A DNA stretch of 64,000 bases from a virus: positions 9,458 through 73,457 of the IMG/VR virus record IMGVR_UViG_3300032282_002092; one strand, given 5' to 3'. Each line of letters begins with the position of its first letter. Positions within the stretch are counted from its first letter, which is position 1. The notes under the pieces are model-generated. The model ran no database searches. It was given only the letters and a program-made list of their open reading frames with translations, and was not told the origin of the DNA. A program made the position numbers and the translations under genes. Below are positions 9,227-19,544 of this stretch, in pieces.

Positions 9227-11745
9227 CTAGACCTCGCCAACCGCTTCTTCATCTCAGATTCTAGTTGGTCAGCAAGTTGTGAGGTCACACGCTTCAGGTC
9301 GATAGTCGAAGTCGGCCCAACAGAAGAAACTGGGATTGTGATGTTGTTGTGGAAGTGAACTGTCGTATCGCCATACCGGGAAGACGACTGGGCATATCCG
9401 TAATCACCAATATCACCAGTGGGTCCCTGAATGCCGGGGCTGGTGGCAGCAGTGCTATCCATAGCACTGCTGATGTCAATCGATTGATCACTGCGACCCT
9501 CACCACCGAGCGGTCCAAGGGTGGCTCCGAGGAAGGCTGGGATGATCTTGTCGAACTTGCTCTGGACATCCCCACCACCACTGAGCAGTGACGTGAATGC
9601 AGAAAACGCATCGCCAACTGTTGAGAACATCTTAAAAATGCCCATGAACAATTTAGCCATCATCTTCAAGTCCTTGATAATGCTGCCGACACCGGGAAGT
9701 CCGAGGAAGCCCACATCACCGTGGCTTGAATCTCCACCCATATCACCGATATCGCCTGCGCTATATCCCGGTAAGCGGCTGGGGGACATGGTTCCTGCGA
9801 CCTGTACGTGCCAAGGTTCCCCGTACTTTGAGCCGTGATCAAGACCGAACTTTCTGGCGTTCGCCTGAATCCACTTGTACTGCGAACGTGGACCAATGTC
9901 AGCAGCCCAACCGCCGACATGCTGTGACGTGCCCTGAGCATTGAAGTGCCCTATCCCCTTACCCTTAAGTTTTGACTGAGTAAAGGAATCACGCAATCCG
10001 CTGGTGACGCGCAGTTTGGGGTTGGCTTTGAGCATTGCATCGACCTTGGGCCGAAGATCGGGAGCAAGCCCAGCAGTGCTCTGAGCACCGTATGCCCCAT
10101 AACCGGGATCACCAATGTCGCCAGCAGCAACACCACCGTCACGACCAGCATTTCCACCGAGGCTGGTTGCTGTGCCAAGCCAACCAGCCGCATCGAACCC
10201 AAGGCCACCAAGGATCTGTCCAACAGGACCGGATTGTTGAATAAGACTGTATAAGAAGTTTGCAATAGGATCTGGAAGGTAAGAAAGTGCCCCTAATGGA
10301 GTACGTGGCCCAGCGATGGCTGGCAGCACGTTATTGGTGATCGTATTCATAAGGCTGTTGAAGCCTTGATTGGCCTTTTCCCTCGTGTTGTACACGGGAG
10401 ACATCTTTGAGCCAAGCGTCAACTGTCCAGCCGAAGCCAGTGAATCGGCCTTGGCCTTGTTATACGCCAAGTTGTTCTTCATATTTCCGAACAGTTCAGT
10501 GCCAGACTCTGTCGCACTTACCTTGGCTAGAGCGTATGTCCAGAAGTAGTTCTTCATCTCTGGGGTTACACCCATAGAGTCAAACCACGCATTGAAGTTT
10601 GAGCCGGGGAAGTTCTGGGACAGCAGTTCTCCATGCGTAAACGCTTTACCGCGCTTGTCACCGGGACGCTGTGTCTCCATCCACTTGAGGATGGACGCTG
10701 CCCACTCCTCAACTGACTTCATACCGCCGCCCTGTTTCACCATTGAAAATGCGCCGCTGGTATAGAAGGCACCACGCTGTGTACTGCTCGTATTGGTGTA
10801 TTGACCCGTGAGCATTCCACCAACAGCACCAGCACCGAGGCCGGGGGTCATCTTCTGAAGAAGGCCAATATTCTTGAAGTAGTTCTCTGAAGAGTTGGCA
10901 CCGGTACCGTTGTTGTACATACCGGCAACACCGCCCTGAGACATGGCAGTGAGATAGTCACCAATATTGCCCATCATGCCACCGGGTCGCGTCCCGAGAT
11001 ACTTCATCAGCCTCTGGTTTGACTGCCCTGTAGCAAACGCATATGGTGTTAATTCTTGTGACGCACCGATTGTGTTAGCACGATTAGTCTCCATCGTGGT
11101 CCGCACAAAATTCATCGGCATCACTGCCAAGTTGCCTGCTAGCGTCAGCAGGCCACTGAGTGTTCCCGAAGGATCATAGGCATTTGCTGCCCCATAAGTA
11201 GCACCGCTGATTGCACCACCGATAGCACCGCTAATTGATGATGAGCCTTCAGCAGCGCCAGTGATAGCACCCCCGAGTGCCGCCTGCCTCAGGCCAGATT
11301 TAGAGATAGCAGCCTTACCACCGTCACTGTTACCGTTGCCAGTTTCAATTGGGGCGATGTCTTTAGAGCCACCGCCGCCGCCTTTGCCAGCCTTGCCCTT
11401 GCCGCCAGAAACGCCGTTCATGGCGTCGCTCATGTCGGTAATGGCAGCGGTCGTCTTCTTTGCTTGGTTCTGGAGGCTCGTCATCACGGTGGCAATGTTG
11501 TTGCCAAGAATTGACTGTGAGGATGCGAGGCTGTTCAGGGCCGCTTTGAAGTCATTGAGAGCGCCAGTAACAGTCTGGAATTCCTTAGCCAAGTTCGTGA
11601 GGCCGGGAATTTCCATACTGAAATTCATATTTATCTTGGACTCTTTCTGCTTATTGAAAAGGTTGCCCTTCCCACCGGAGGAGATGGTGCCTGAAGCACT
11701 TCCAAAGGCCATTGAAGATCCAGATGCGTCGGGTTCCTTAGCCAA
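9223..11745 (-). CDS. Tape measure protein with an M15-type peptidase domain
   Basis: Gly/Ala-rich, 840 aa, follows the chaperone genes; VTSGLRD...SQH..GWAADIG...EPWHVQ motifs. Confidence 0.8.
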   Translation of the reverse strand: MAKEPDASGSSMAFGSASGTISSGGKGNLFNKQKESKINMNFSMEIPGLTNLAKEFQTVTGALNDFKAALNSLASSQSILGNNIATVMTSLQNQAKKTTAAITDMSDAMNGVSGGKGKAGKGGGGGSKDIAPIETGNGNSDGGKAAISKSGLRQAALGGAITGAAEGSSSISGAIGGAISGATYGAANAYDPSGTLSGLLTLAGNLAVMPMNFVRTTMETNRANTIGASQELTPYAFATGQSNQRLMKYLGTRPGGMMGNIGDYLTAMSQGGVAGMYNNGTGANSSENYFKNIGLLQKMTPGLGAGAVGGMLTGQYTNTSSTQRGAFYTSGAFSMVKQGGGMKSVEEWAASILKWMETQRPGDKRGKAFTHGELLSQNFPGSNFNAWFDSMGVTPEMKNYFWTYALAKVSATESGTELFGNMKNNLAYNKAKADSLASAGQLTLGSKMSPVYNTREKANQGFNSLMNTITNNVLPAIAGPRTPLGALSYLPDPIANFLYSLIQQSGPVGQILGGLGFDAAGWLGTATSLGGNAGRDGGVAAGDIGDPGYGAYGAQSTAGLAPDLRPKVDAMLKANPKLRVTSGLRDSFTQSKLKGKGIGHFNAQGTSQHVGGWAADIGPRSQYKWIQANARKFGLDHGSKYGEPWHVQVAGTMSPSRLPGYSAGDIGDMGGDSSHGDVGFLGLPGVGSIIKDLKMMAKLFMGIFKMFSTVGDAFSAFTSLLSGGGDVQSKFDKIIPAFLGATLGPLGGEGRSDQSIDISSAMDSTAATSPGIQGPTGDIGDYGYAQSSSRYGDTTVHFHNNITIPVSSVGPTSTIDLKRVTSQLADQLESEMKKRLARSR

Positions 11746-11938
11746 GGTTGCTCTTCTCCTTTCTCCAGCGTTGCAGATTCAAGAAATAATTACGCTCACG
11801 ATTCGTCAGACTTCTTAGATCGGTTAGTGTCCATCCTGTATACATCGATGCCAAAGCATCGTACATTAGATACAGAGTTTGTATATCAAGGTTGAAACAA
11901 ATCCATCCAACCAAGGGCCAGATGTTGTTCACCCCCAC
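11738..11938 (-). CDS. Small tail assembly chaperone partner (possible frameshift extension of the upstream gene)
   Basis: GWTLTDLRSLTNRERNYF motif; overlaps the upstream gene end in the +1 frame; no clear start of its own. Confidence 0.6.
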   Translation of the reverse strand: MGVNNIWPLVGWICFNLDIQTLYLMYDALASMYTGWTLTDLRSLTNRERNYFLNLQRWRKEKSNLG

Positions 11939-12716
11939 AGCCCAAACACACGGTATCCAGCGTCAGATCAACATTCGGCTGGTTGTCTACGAGGGCGTTC
12001 AGGATGATTGAACGGTCCTTCATCGACAGGCTGCGTGCGTAACGGAGTGGATCGACAACCAGTCCACCGTTAAACGATGTGATGCAACGTGACAGAATGA
12101 TCGTGTTCTGCTCAGGGACCGTGATCCCCTTCTTGCGCACGGCTTCAGTCTGATCATTTCCTGTAGCAAGGCGGTACTCAATGGTGTCACCCTTGGACGT
12201 AACGTGGCTATACGTCAACTGATAAGGGTTATCCATCGGCTTTGCCTTGAAATCCTCGGACAGGATCAAGTCAATCTCCTGCTCGTGTGCGCAGGTGTCG
12301 CAAGTCGTCTTGATTGTCTTGTTATCCCCATATGTCTGCTGGACAATCGCCAGCAGGATCTGGGTCCGCTCTCCCAGCAGGAGTTCACCAAGGATTCCCT
12401 GCCGTTCGGAAAGTGGCTTACCGGTTAGGTCAACCTCACCAACTCGCGAGGTACCTGAGGCCAGAATGGCATCAAGCAACTCCAACCCATCCTTTACACG
12501 GGCCAGTGCTTCCTCGTCTGCTCCCGTAAGTTCCTTGACATGAACTGTCGTGTACCACTCACCGTTCCGATACAGACCACGGGAAACCGTGATCTGATCG
12601 GAAATCGGTGTAGAGATAAGAGGGACAGACCCAGCAATTACAGCCTTTGCTCGCTCTAACTGCTGTACCTTTGACTCTTCAAGTGCGTCGTTCTGTTCTA
12701 CGTTATTGGACACCAA
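11886..12716 (-). CDS. Tail/baseplate assembly chaperone (T4 gp26/gp51-like, two CxxC)
   Basis: VKELTGADEEAL, CDTC, RLATGNDQ and CLGC motifs; lies between tube and tape measure. Confidence 0.7.
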   Translation of the reverse strand: MVSNNVEQNDALEESKVQQLERAKAVIAGSVPLISTPISDQITVSRGLYRNGEWYTTVHVKELTGADEEALARVKDGLELLDAILASGTSRVGEVDLTGKPLSERQGILGELLLGERTQILLAIVQQTYGDNKTIKTTCDTCAHEQEIDLILSEDFKAKPMDNPYQLTYSHVTSKGDTIEYRLATGNDQTEAVRKKGITVPEQNTIILSRCITSFNGGLVVDPLRYARSLSMKDRSIILNALVDNQPNVDLTLDTVCLGCGGEQHLALGWMDLFQP

Positions 12717-12751
12717 TGTGTTACTCCTATATGTTTAACTTTTAATGACTA

Positions 12752-13357
12752 TCAGAGGGTACCGGGAAGTACGTTCTCTCCGCTATGCGTGAGGTTAACA
12801 GAATCCACGTTACCAAAGAAGACATCAAAGCCTTCGTGGTGTACCTGCATCTGGTGAATGAAGATGTCGTTGGACATTGAGTTCAGGCCACCGAAACCGA
12901 TAGCGGCGGTCCAGCAGTTGTAGAACCAGAACGCCATAACTGCGCCCTGAATACCACCTGCAACACCGGATGCGGGACCCTGCGTAACAGGGTGATCAAG
13001 GATACGGATGACCATGTCATAGCGGAATTCCGCACCAGTGCCGAGCGTTCCCGCACCCCACTGGGTAGAGAACATCTGCTTTGCCAGATCCCACATACCG
13101 GGCTTCGTATAGAAGACACCAGCATTGAGCGAGAGCGGTGCAAAGTCCGACTGTCCCGGCAACTTGTGGGGATTGGTGTTCCAGCCGCCCTCACGATACG
13201 GAACCATGTCAGTGGTCATGCTCAGACCCTCAACGGTCTGGAAGCCAATCGTGGCAAACGAATCATGCAGCGTTGGGTGCAACAGTTCCACTTGGAACTT
13301 AAAGTTACGCACCGGATCGGACTGTGACCGAGTGCGCTCATACAGGGTGGGCGGCAT
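12752..13357 (-). CDS. Tail tube protein (T4 gp19-like)
   Basis: DPVRNFKFQV, GFQTVEGL, YREGG...HKLPG and HEG motifs. Confidence 0.92.
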   Translation of the reverse strand: MPPTLYERTRSQSDPVRNFKFQVELLHPTLHDSFATIGFQTVEGLSMTTDMVPYREGGWNTNPHKLPGQSDFAPLSLNAGVFYTKPGMWDLAKQMFSTQWGAGTLGTGAEFRYDMVIRILDHPVTQGPASGVAGGIQGAVMAFWFYNCWTAAIGFGGLNSMSNDIFIHQMQVHHEGFDVFFGNVDSVNLTHSGENVLPGTL

Positions 13358-13369
13358 TATATCTCCTTA

Positions 13370-15019
13370 TTAGATGCTGGTAGAGGTAGTGATTTCACGG
13401 GTGGACGTTGTCTGATCGAACTGGGTCAGACGAATGACAATGAATTCTGCCGGGTACTCAAGAGCAACGCCGATTTCCACACGAGCCTCGCCCGTGGAGA
13501 TAACAGCGGGGCTGTTGATGGCAGCATCGCAGTTGATGTAATACGCTTGGTTGGCGCTGTTACCGCTCAGACCACCAGCGAGCCACACGTTCCGCAGCAC
13601 ACGGTCGGCCGTAATCCGCATTGCGGACCACAGACGCTCGTCATTGTTCTGGAACACTGCGAACTGCATCGACCGACGGAGCGATTCCCGCAGGTAGATC
13701 AGCGTGCGTCGTGCGGAGACGTAACGGTCAACACCGTACTTCTTCTTCGTACGGGCACCCATGATTGCGATACCGGAACCGGTGACGCTGCGGATGACGT
13801 TGATGTTCTGATCAGAGTTCAGTGTTCCGAGGACGGCCTCGCTGAACTTTGCCTGCACACCAACGGCGTTCGTGATGCCTGCGATAGCACCAGCCGGTGC
13901 CCTGAACGGGCTGACCGTTGCATCGGTGCGTGCGTACACGCCGACGACTGCGCCACCCGGCGGGACTGCCTTGACCTGACCAACCTTCTGGGGATCTGAA
14001 ATGAGAATCCAAGGACCGTACGCAGCGACGTAAGAGTCACCGGAGTTGGCGTTCAGGCTTGTGCCACTCGTCATCGTCGTTACATACGACGAAACACTCT
14101 GGCTGGGTTCACGAGGAGGACAGTTGTCGTTGACAATAAAAATGTCATTGCGATCCGAAAAGTCAGCAGCGGACACCGTCGCTCCAACCCAACCGTTAGC
14201 CCAGTTATCAGTGTTCTCCTTGGTGTAGTCATCGATATAACCAGCGATGTTCAACACAATCGGACCATCGATCTTCGATAACGGGCTATCGTCACCGTCA
14301 GGGATAACAGCCTCCTTCAGAGCAAGCGCAGTGGGAAGACTGGGAGTGGTTCCCCCAGTGAGTGACCCGCTGCTATCTAAAGAAAACACAAGGGTATGGT
14401 CAGTCGCTACGGACACATACTGCGAACCGGAAACAGCATCGTTGATGCGTGCCTCAACCTGAAAGGTTCCAGCAATCGTTCCCCAAAGGGACAGATTGCT
14501 GAAGGTTTCCACAATTTCTCCCTTGTACAGGATCTGAAGCGTAAAAATCTGCTCCGTAACACCAGAGCCGAGCGTGCCCTTAGTCTCCTGAATGATGAGA
14601 GAGTAAGACAGGTCGTTGCCCCACTTACCGGGTGACTTAGCGGTAATGGTCATAACCGTGCCGGTAGTAGCACCGTTCTTGAACTGTCCGGTAATCCCCT
14701 TGGATGCCGCCGAACCGTCGTCATCTCCGACCGCACGGACGATGTACGCCACACGGCCACCGTTCTGGAAGTACGAGTACACAGAATAGGGCAGGTACGA
14801 AAGAGCGGAAACATTAGCATTAGCAGTAGGAACATAGTTGAAACCACCAAAGATGGTGACGTACTGGCTCCATGACTGGATGAGGACGGGGTCGCCAACG
14901 GGACCACTGGGTGCTGCTCCAACAAAGCATGCAACGGAAGTGGCGTTAGCAATCTGGCCCGAGTTTACGAGAAGACTCTCTTCAAGATAAACACCGGGAC
15001 TACGGTATGAGAGGGGCAT
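13370..15019 (-). CDS. Contractile tail sheath protein
   Basis: PGVYLEE, VPPGGAVVG..ARTD, RAPAG, GART, RYVSARR and PAEFIVIR motifs. Confidence 0.95.
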   Translation of the reverse strand: MPLSYRSPGVYLEESLLVNSGQIANATSVACFVGAAPSGPVGDPVLIQSWSQYVTIFGGFNYVPTANANVSALSYLPYSVYSYFQNGGRVAYIVRAVGDDDGSAASKGITGQFKNGATTGTVMTITAKSPGKWGNDLSYSLIIQETKGTLGSGVTEQIFTLQILYKGEIVETFSNLSLWGTIAGTFQVEARINDAVSGSQYVSVATDHTLVFSLDSSGSLTGGTTPSLPTALALKEAVIPDGDDSPLSKIDGPIVLNIAGYIDDYTKENTDNWANGWVGATVSAADFSDRNDIFIVNDNCPPREPSQSVSSYVTTMTSGTSLNANSGDSYVAAYGPWILISDPQKVGQVKAVPPGGAVVGVYARTDATVSPFRAPAGAIAGITNAVGVQAKFSEAVLGTLNSDQNINVIRSVTGSGIAIMGARTKKKYGVDRYVSARRTLIYLRESLRRSMQFAVFQNNDERLWSAMRITADRVLRNVWLAGGLSGNSANQAYYINCDAAINSPAVISTGEARVEIGVALEYPAEFIVIRLTQFDQTTSTREITTSTSI

Positions 15020-15088
15020 AAGAACTCCTTAGATAGACGTGTGTACGACTAAGTGGTTCAGCATGTATGACGAGCCTGTTGGCAAATA

Positions 15089-15901
15089 CTAGGTTTCTGG
15101 ATAAGTATATAGGTAAAACATCTCACCGTGTGCAGCCCGCTCCTCATCGGAGAACGTCTCCACTGGTGTTAACTCTGCCTCACCATCTGGGTTAAGGACG
15201 GTGTTGAAATATTCCTCAACGTAGTTGCGGTCAGTTACCGGCATGAAGACACGCAGTACCTGCCAAGCCTGAGGAATGAGTCCCTGACGCAGTGGCTCCT
15301 GCGGAACCTCTGCCTGCACAGTCACGGTGTACATCTTTCGGAACAGACGCTTGTCACCGGACTCCGGTGTCTCCAGACTGTCTGACTGCGCAAAATCAAT
15401 AAATTCACAGCGCCGCCAAGTGTTATCGGCATCAACACCGATCCAGAACGGTCGGGGCGGCAGGATATCCGTCATAAAAAGACTGTTCAGATAACGGTCA
15501 TGCAGTGTGGATCGGCAGTGGACCGTAATCTGATATGCAATCCTGAAAGCCAGATATGGGGTCAGAACTAGGTTCTTGTTCGCATCAGGTGCTGGAAGGC
15601 CGGGAGAAACTGACGGGCTGTACATGCCGGTGGGGTCCACGTAATGCTGACTGGTCCACAAGTCATATGCCGGTTTCACATCGACCATGTCAATAGTAAT
15701 AAAAGGAAACTTCTTGTTGCGCTCGCTCTGCGGATACCGGAACCACACGCCGACTTCCGTAACCTCATTGCTGCCGGGACGAGTCGGCACGGTGATACCT
15801 GACAGGTACTTGTGGAGTGCGGCATCTTCAGCCAGCAGGAAGCCGGTATGTCCGGTATCCGAGATATCGGGGGCACCGATCATGGGAGTACGCAGCGTCA
15901 T
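15089..15901 (-). CDS. Tail terminator / neck protein (putative)
   Basis: Upstream of the sheath gene; VWFRYP...FPFITID...YQIT motif. Confidence 0.55.
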   Translation of the reverse strand: MTLRTPMIGAPDISDTGHTGFLLAEDAALHKYLSGITVPTRPGSNEVTEVGVWFRYPQSERNKKFPFITIDMVDVKPAYDLWTSQHYVDPTGMYSPSVSPGLPAPDANKNLVLTPYLAFRIAYQITVHCRSTLHDRYLNSLFMTDILPPRPFWIGVDADNTWRRCEFIDFAQSDSLETPESGDKRLFRKMYTVTVQAEVPQEPLRQGLIPQAWQVLRVFMPVTDRNYVEEYFNTVLNPDGEAELTPVETFSDEERAAHGEMFYLYTYPET

Positions 15902-16281
15902 AGCGGCTTGCCCCGCTTGACTGCGTCATAGCCACGGCGATAGATCATCCGGTCACGGGCAAACTTTTCGATACTGGACATGCTCTCCGCACTCCTGAAA
16001 AGCGGGGCGGGGGGAGCACTCTCGTCACCGTACTCCAAAGCAAACGCCTCAGATACATACTCAGGGTTCTGGATGCCAATCGCCAAGTGGCCGTTTTCGT
16101 CCCACGACTCAATGCGGTCGGCGTACTCATTCCACTTGGGATGATTTCGGGCACGATCAACAATCCGCTCATGGAGTTCATCTGCGACTTCTGCGTACAC
16201 GGAGAGGATGTCGTCATACATGCCGTTGACGTGACGATCCAAAGCGTCAAGCCAACTGGCATCGATGCGGATCGAAGCCAT
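15898..16281 (-). CDS. Hypothetical neck-associated protein
   Basis: Translationally coupled; LEYG...PP.PLFR motif resembles neck proteins. Confidence 0.5.
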   Translation of the reverse strand: MASIRIDASWLDALDRHVNGMYDDILSVYAEVADELHERIVDRARNHPKWNEYADRIESWDENGHLAIGIQNPEYVSEAFALEYGDESAPPAPLFRSAESMSSIEKFARDRMIYRRGYDAVKRGKPL

Positions 16282-16368
16282 AAGCCCTCCAGTATCTAAG
16301 CAGTTGAGCGGCCCCCACGCTCATGGGAACCTACGTCAATAGTACACCATAAAGAGACATTAAGTCTC

Positions 16369-17565
16369 CTACCACGGTGAGTTAGGGACCGTTGCTGAAT
16401 ACACATCAACATCCTTGGAATGGTACATCAATTTCAGGTCGTAGATACCTGCATGGAATGTACCGGCGGCACCAGTTGCGTCACTAAACAGTTTACATAT
16501 AGTGATGTTCAACTTAGTAATATTACTGAATGTAATAGCGTTACTATTGTTAGTAGTGTATGTGTCCGAATAGTAATCGCTAATAAAGTCTTTTACATAA
16601 AGTGTATATGTAGCCGTTGAGGGGGGCCAATGCATGCTGCTTGCAACATATCCGTTATCCTGCATCATCGTGTAGTTGTGGTAGATGATGTCAAAATACC
16701 GAGTAGCGGATAGCCCGGTGGGATAACCGCTGGATGCAATCTTCAACACAGATGGGGTGTATGTAGTGCCAACGGTATTGGAAATCCATCCACCGCTGTT
16801 AGCGATTCCTACGAGAATCCTGTGGTACTTGGGAACAGTGATCTTGATTCCTACCAGCCGCTTATCAGTGGTGTCAGGAACCTTAACCGTTATTCCCTCA
16901 ATGTATGTAGTGTTTGAGGACAGATCGGTTCCCGAATAGGTACGGTTTGCCGACATCCACATATCAGTAGTAGAAGCATTGAACGCCTTTGAGTAGGCGT
17001 ATGTCGATGACTCCTGTGATGTGTATTGCAATGCGGTATTAGCCGTATACGAAACAGGTGACACTTCTGTTGGAGTAGCAGTATTGCTATATGTAGTTCC
17101 TATTACGTACGGTGCTAGGCCAGTTTTGAACCTAAATACCGGGCTGGCGTCCGATGACACGGAACCCAGATATGAGTACGCAACCGCTTGATACTTGGTG
17201 TTTGGAGTCAATCCTGAGAGTGTTGCTACCATGTTCACCGAGTTGACATCGAATGTATTTATTAATTCAGTTCCATTTTCATTATATACCTTTACCTTGT
17301 ACACAGTTCCAGAGGGTACGTATGCAGGCGGTGTAATGGTGACATTCAACGTGGTGAAATCAGTAACTGACGTAGCGTCCCAGCCAATAGTCCCAGTCAG
17401 ATTGGCGGGAGCGTTAGGTGCGCCGCTATAGCCGATATCCACCCAGCCGGTACCGTTATTAACCTTGATGGATGTGGGGTATACCCAAGAACTGCCATTA
17501 GATACGGCAATTTTTCCGGTACCGGGAGTACTCCACGTACCACCATTTTTATATTGAATACTCAC
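16369..17565 (-). CDS. Fibre/adhesin-like protein with a fibronectin type III-like domain
   Basis: PNAPANL...LSGLTPNTKY...Y pattern; Ser/Thr-rich; AT-richer DNA. Confidence 0.6.
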   Translation of the reverse strand: MSIQYKNGGTWSTPGTGKIAVSNGSSWVYPTSIKVNNGTGWVDIGYSGAPNAPANLTGTIGWDATSVTDFTTLNVTITPPAYVPSGTVYKVKVYNENGTELINTFDVNSVNMVATLSGLTPNTKYQAVAYSYLGSVSSDASPVFRFKTGLAPYVIGTTYSNTATPTEVSPVSYTANTALQYTSQESSTYAYSKAFNASTTDMWMSANRTYSGTDLSSNTTYIEGITVKVPDTTDKRLVGIKITVPKYHRILVGIANSGGWISNTVGTTYTPSVLKIASSGYPTGLSATRYFDIIYHNYTMMQDNGYVASSMHWPPSTATYTLYVKDFISDYYSDTYTTNNSNAITFSNITKLNITICKLFSDATGAAGTFHAGIYDLKLMYHSKDVDVYSATVPNSPW

Positions 17566-18422
17566 GTCTGAATCCAGAGTGTCCCAGCGGGATACAGAGA
17601 GGCATTCAAACCGGTTCCACCAATGACGACTCCCGCCACGCTTACAGCGACAGCACCAGCGCCATTTGTCTTGATGGTGAACGTGTCGGCAACTAATGCC
17701 AATGCACTGGCGATACTGATTGATGCGGCAGAGCCATTAGAAATCGTGCTTGAAGCAAGGCCGAGATTTCCTACAGTTAAAGTGGTCCCGGCTATAGCAC
17801 CGGTTGAACCAGTTAAAGAGATGTTACTGCCGACAGAAATGGTGCCACTGGAAAGACTGGTTGCAGTGGCGGCACCTAGGATGGAAGTGTTGCCAGAAAG
17901 AGTAGTAGTAGTTACCGTACTAGCACTAACAATATTAGCGTTAGTTGTACCGGTAAAGTTAACGGTACCGGAGGTAGAAAACCCTGTTGCTGTTACTGAC
18001 TTGTCCACAATAAGTGCAGTACTACTGGTTGTTAAAGTAACTGCTCCTCCAGTATTGATCTGTACGTCTGCACCAACAGTAAGCACCGGGCCACTTCCCA
18101 GTGTCACGGTAGATCCCGTCATGCTGATAACAGTTGAACCGTCGTATCCCAATGCAACGGTAGATCCACCGGTATCCACAACATTGAACTTGATTGGTGA
18201 GATCAGAGCGTGAGACGTTCCGGTCTTGTCCTTCCAGTACAAAGCGCCGTTGTCGCCAGAGGCGATGTAATAGATAGAGCCGTTCTCCACATCTGTTGAG
18301 CCGGGAGTACTGGTAAAGCGCTGAACGGTGCGATTCTCCAGCCATTTGGCATCAGCGGCACGCCAGTTGTCTTGGTAGTCAGTCCATGTCGCTTTTCCGG
18401 TGATCGGAAGAATGCTAGTCAT
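17562..18422 (-). CDS. Fibre-like structural protein
   Basis: Gly/Thr/Ser-rich beta-repeat composition; C-terminal GTLWIQT. Confidence 0.55.
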   Translation of the reverse strand: MTSILPITGKATWTDYQDNWRAADAKWLENRTVQRFTSTPGSTDVENGSIYYIASGDNGALYWKDKTGTSHALISPIKFNVVDTGGSTVALGYDGSTVISMTGSTVTLGSGPVLTVGADVQINTGGAVTLTTSSTALIVDKSVTATGFSTSGTVNFTGTTNANIVSASTVTTTTLSGNTSILGAATATSLSSGTISVGSNISLTGSTGAIAGTTLTVGNLGLASSTISNGSAASISIASALALVADTFTIKTNGAGAVAVSVAGVVIGGTGLNASLYPAGTLWIQT

Positions 18423-18431
18423 ACTTACTCC

Positions 18432-19544
18432 CTAGATGAGACTGATTAGTTCAGGCCACAGTCTTCTCGTAATTATACCAGTCTGCTTTAGTCCGGTGTC
18501 AGCCTGTATCTGCTTAACCGCTGCCTTTGTAGCAGCATCGAATATTCCGGTAATAGGTACCGAGTAACCGTTGGCAACTAATTTGGTTTGTGCGTAACTT
18601 ACCCTATCACTTTGCATACCGTATTTAAGAAGTGGGTAAGGATTATTATACATTGACGGGGGAGGCTGTATCAACGGGGATCCCGCAACCCACGCGTCCA
18701 GTACGGACTGCTTAACGAGATTGACATCTAGGTCGTAGGACTTAGCGCCGTACTCACGCCCGATTCTTGGGCCGTTAGAGGCGAACTGCCAAGCAGCCCA
18801 TTTACCGTCATTAGCGGTCCACCCCTTAGGTACGAGTTGGTTAAGAGTATTATCCCTCTGTTCCGTAACAAGGTTATGCCACGTAGTGGAATCGTGCAGG
18901 TTGACAGAACCACCGGGCTTTAGCAGGTAGTCCCAACCCGGTCCACCGTTATATGGCCCTAAGCACCAGTATGGAATAATGATATCACATCGACCGGGTC
19001 CCCTATTCTGGCCCAAGTTCGATCCATCGGCCTTGGCTACAACCTTGTGACCATACTTGTCGTCTGGAAGACGGCAGTACTTGTTCCACGCAGCCGTGCT
19101 GGTGTAGATGATTGGTGTCCGCTGAAGACCTTCCTCAACGGTGTTGATGAAATCATCAAACCAGAAGTACATATCCTTACCGTAAAGCGCTGGATATTTT
19201 CTGGTGTATTTGTTTGACTTTTCATAGTTCTCAAAGTCAACCATTAACGGAAGGTCGCCAAGTCCGAGGTCCTGAGATCGCTTTACGGCGATCTCTCCCT
19301 GACGCTTGGCATTACTGTCATCCATAGGATTTATGAACCAATAATGGCTGTACTTAATGCCTGCTGCGCGAGCCTTACTACAATATTCAGTAGTAAATGG
19401 TAATTTGGTATTATTACCAATACCTATCTCTATGAACATGTAGTCAATGCCTTTTGACTTCATCTTTTCAAAGTCAACACGGCCTTGCCACTGAGCGATG
19501 TCTGCTAGCGGAACATACGTCTCTGTCACCCAAGCGCCGCCCAC
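18432..19544 (-). CDS. Endolysin: GH25 muramidase plus peptidoglycan-binding domain
   Basis: DIAQWQG.VDF, YWF, MVDFE, IIYT, WQF and DLDVN motifs; C-terminal L.YG...GIFD.AT..AVK. The true start may be the GTG at 19529. Confidence 0.85.
   Translation of the reverse strand: MGGAWVTETYVPLADIAQWQGRVDFEKMKSKGIDYMFIEIGIGNNTKLPFTTEYCSKARAAGIKYSHYWFINPMDDSNAKRQGEIAVKRSQDLGLGDLPLMVDFENYEKSNKYTRKYPALYGKDMYFWFDDFINTVEEGLQRTPIIYTSTAAWNKYCRLPDDKYGHKVVAKADGSNLGQNRGPGRCDIIIPYWCLGPYNGGPGWDYLLKPGGSVNLHDSTTWHNLVTEQRDNTLNQLVPKGWTANDGKWAAWQFASNGPRIGREYGAKSYDLDVNLVKQSVLDAWVAGSPLIQPPPSMYNNPYPLLKYGMQSDRVSYAQTKLVANGYSVPITGIFDAATKAAVKQIQADTGLKQTGIITRRLWPELISLI

Noticed and set aside
2068-15019. Extracellular contractile injection system (eCIS) or tailocin
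   Set aside because: The gene order is eCIS-like, but portal, scaffold, major capsid and terminase lie in the same operon, so this is a complete phage.
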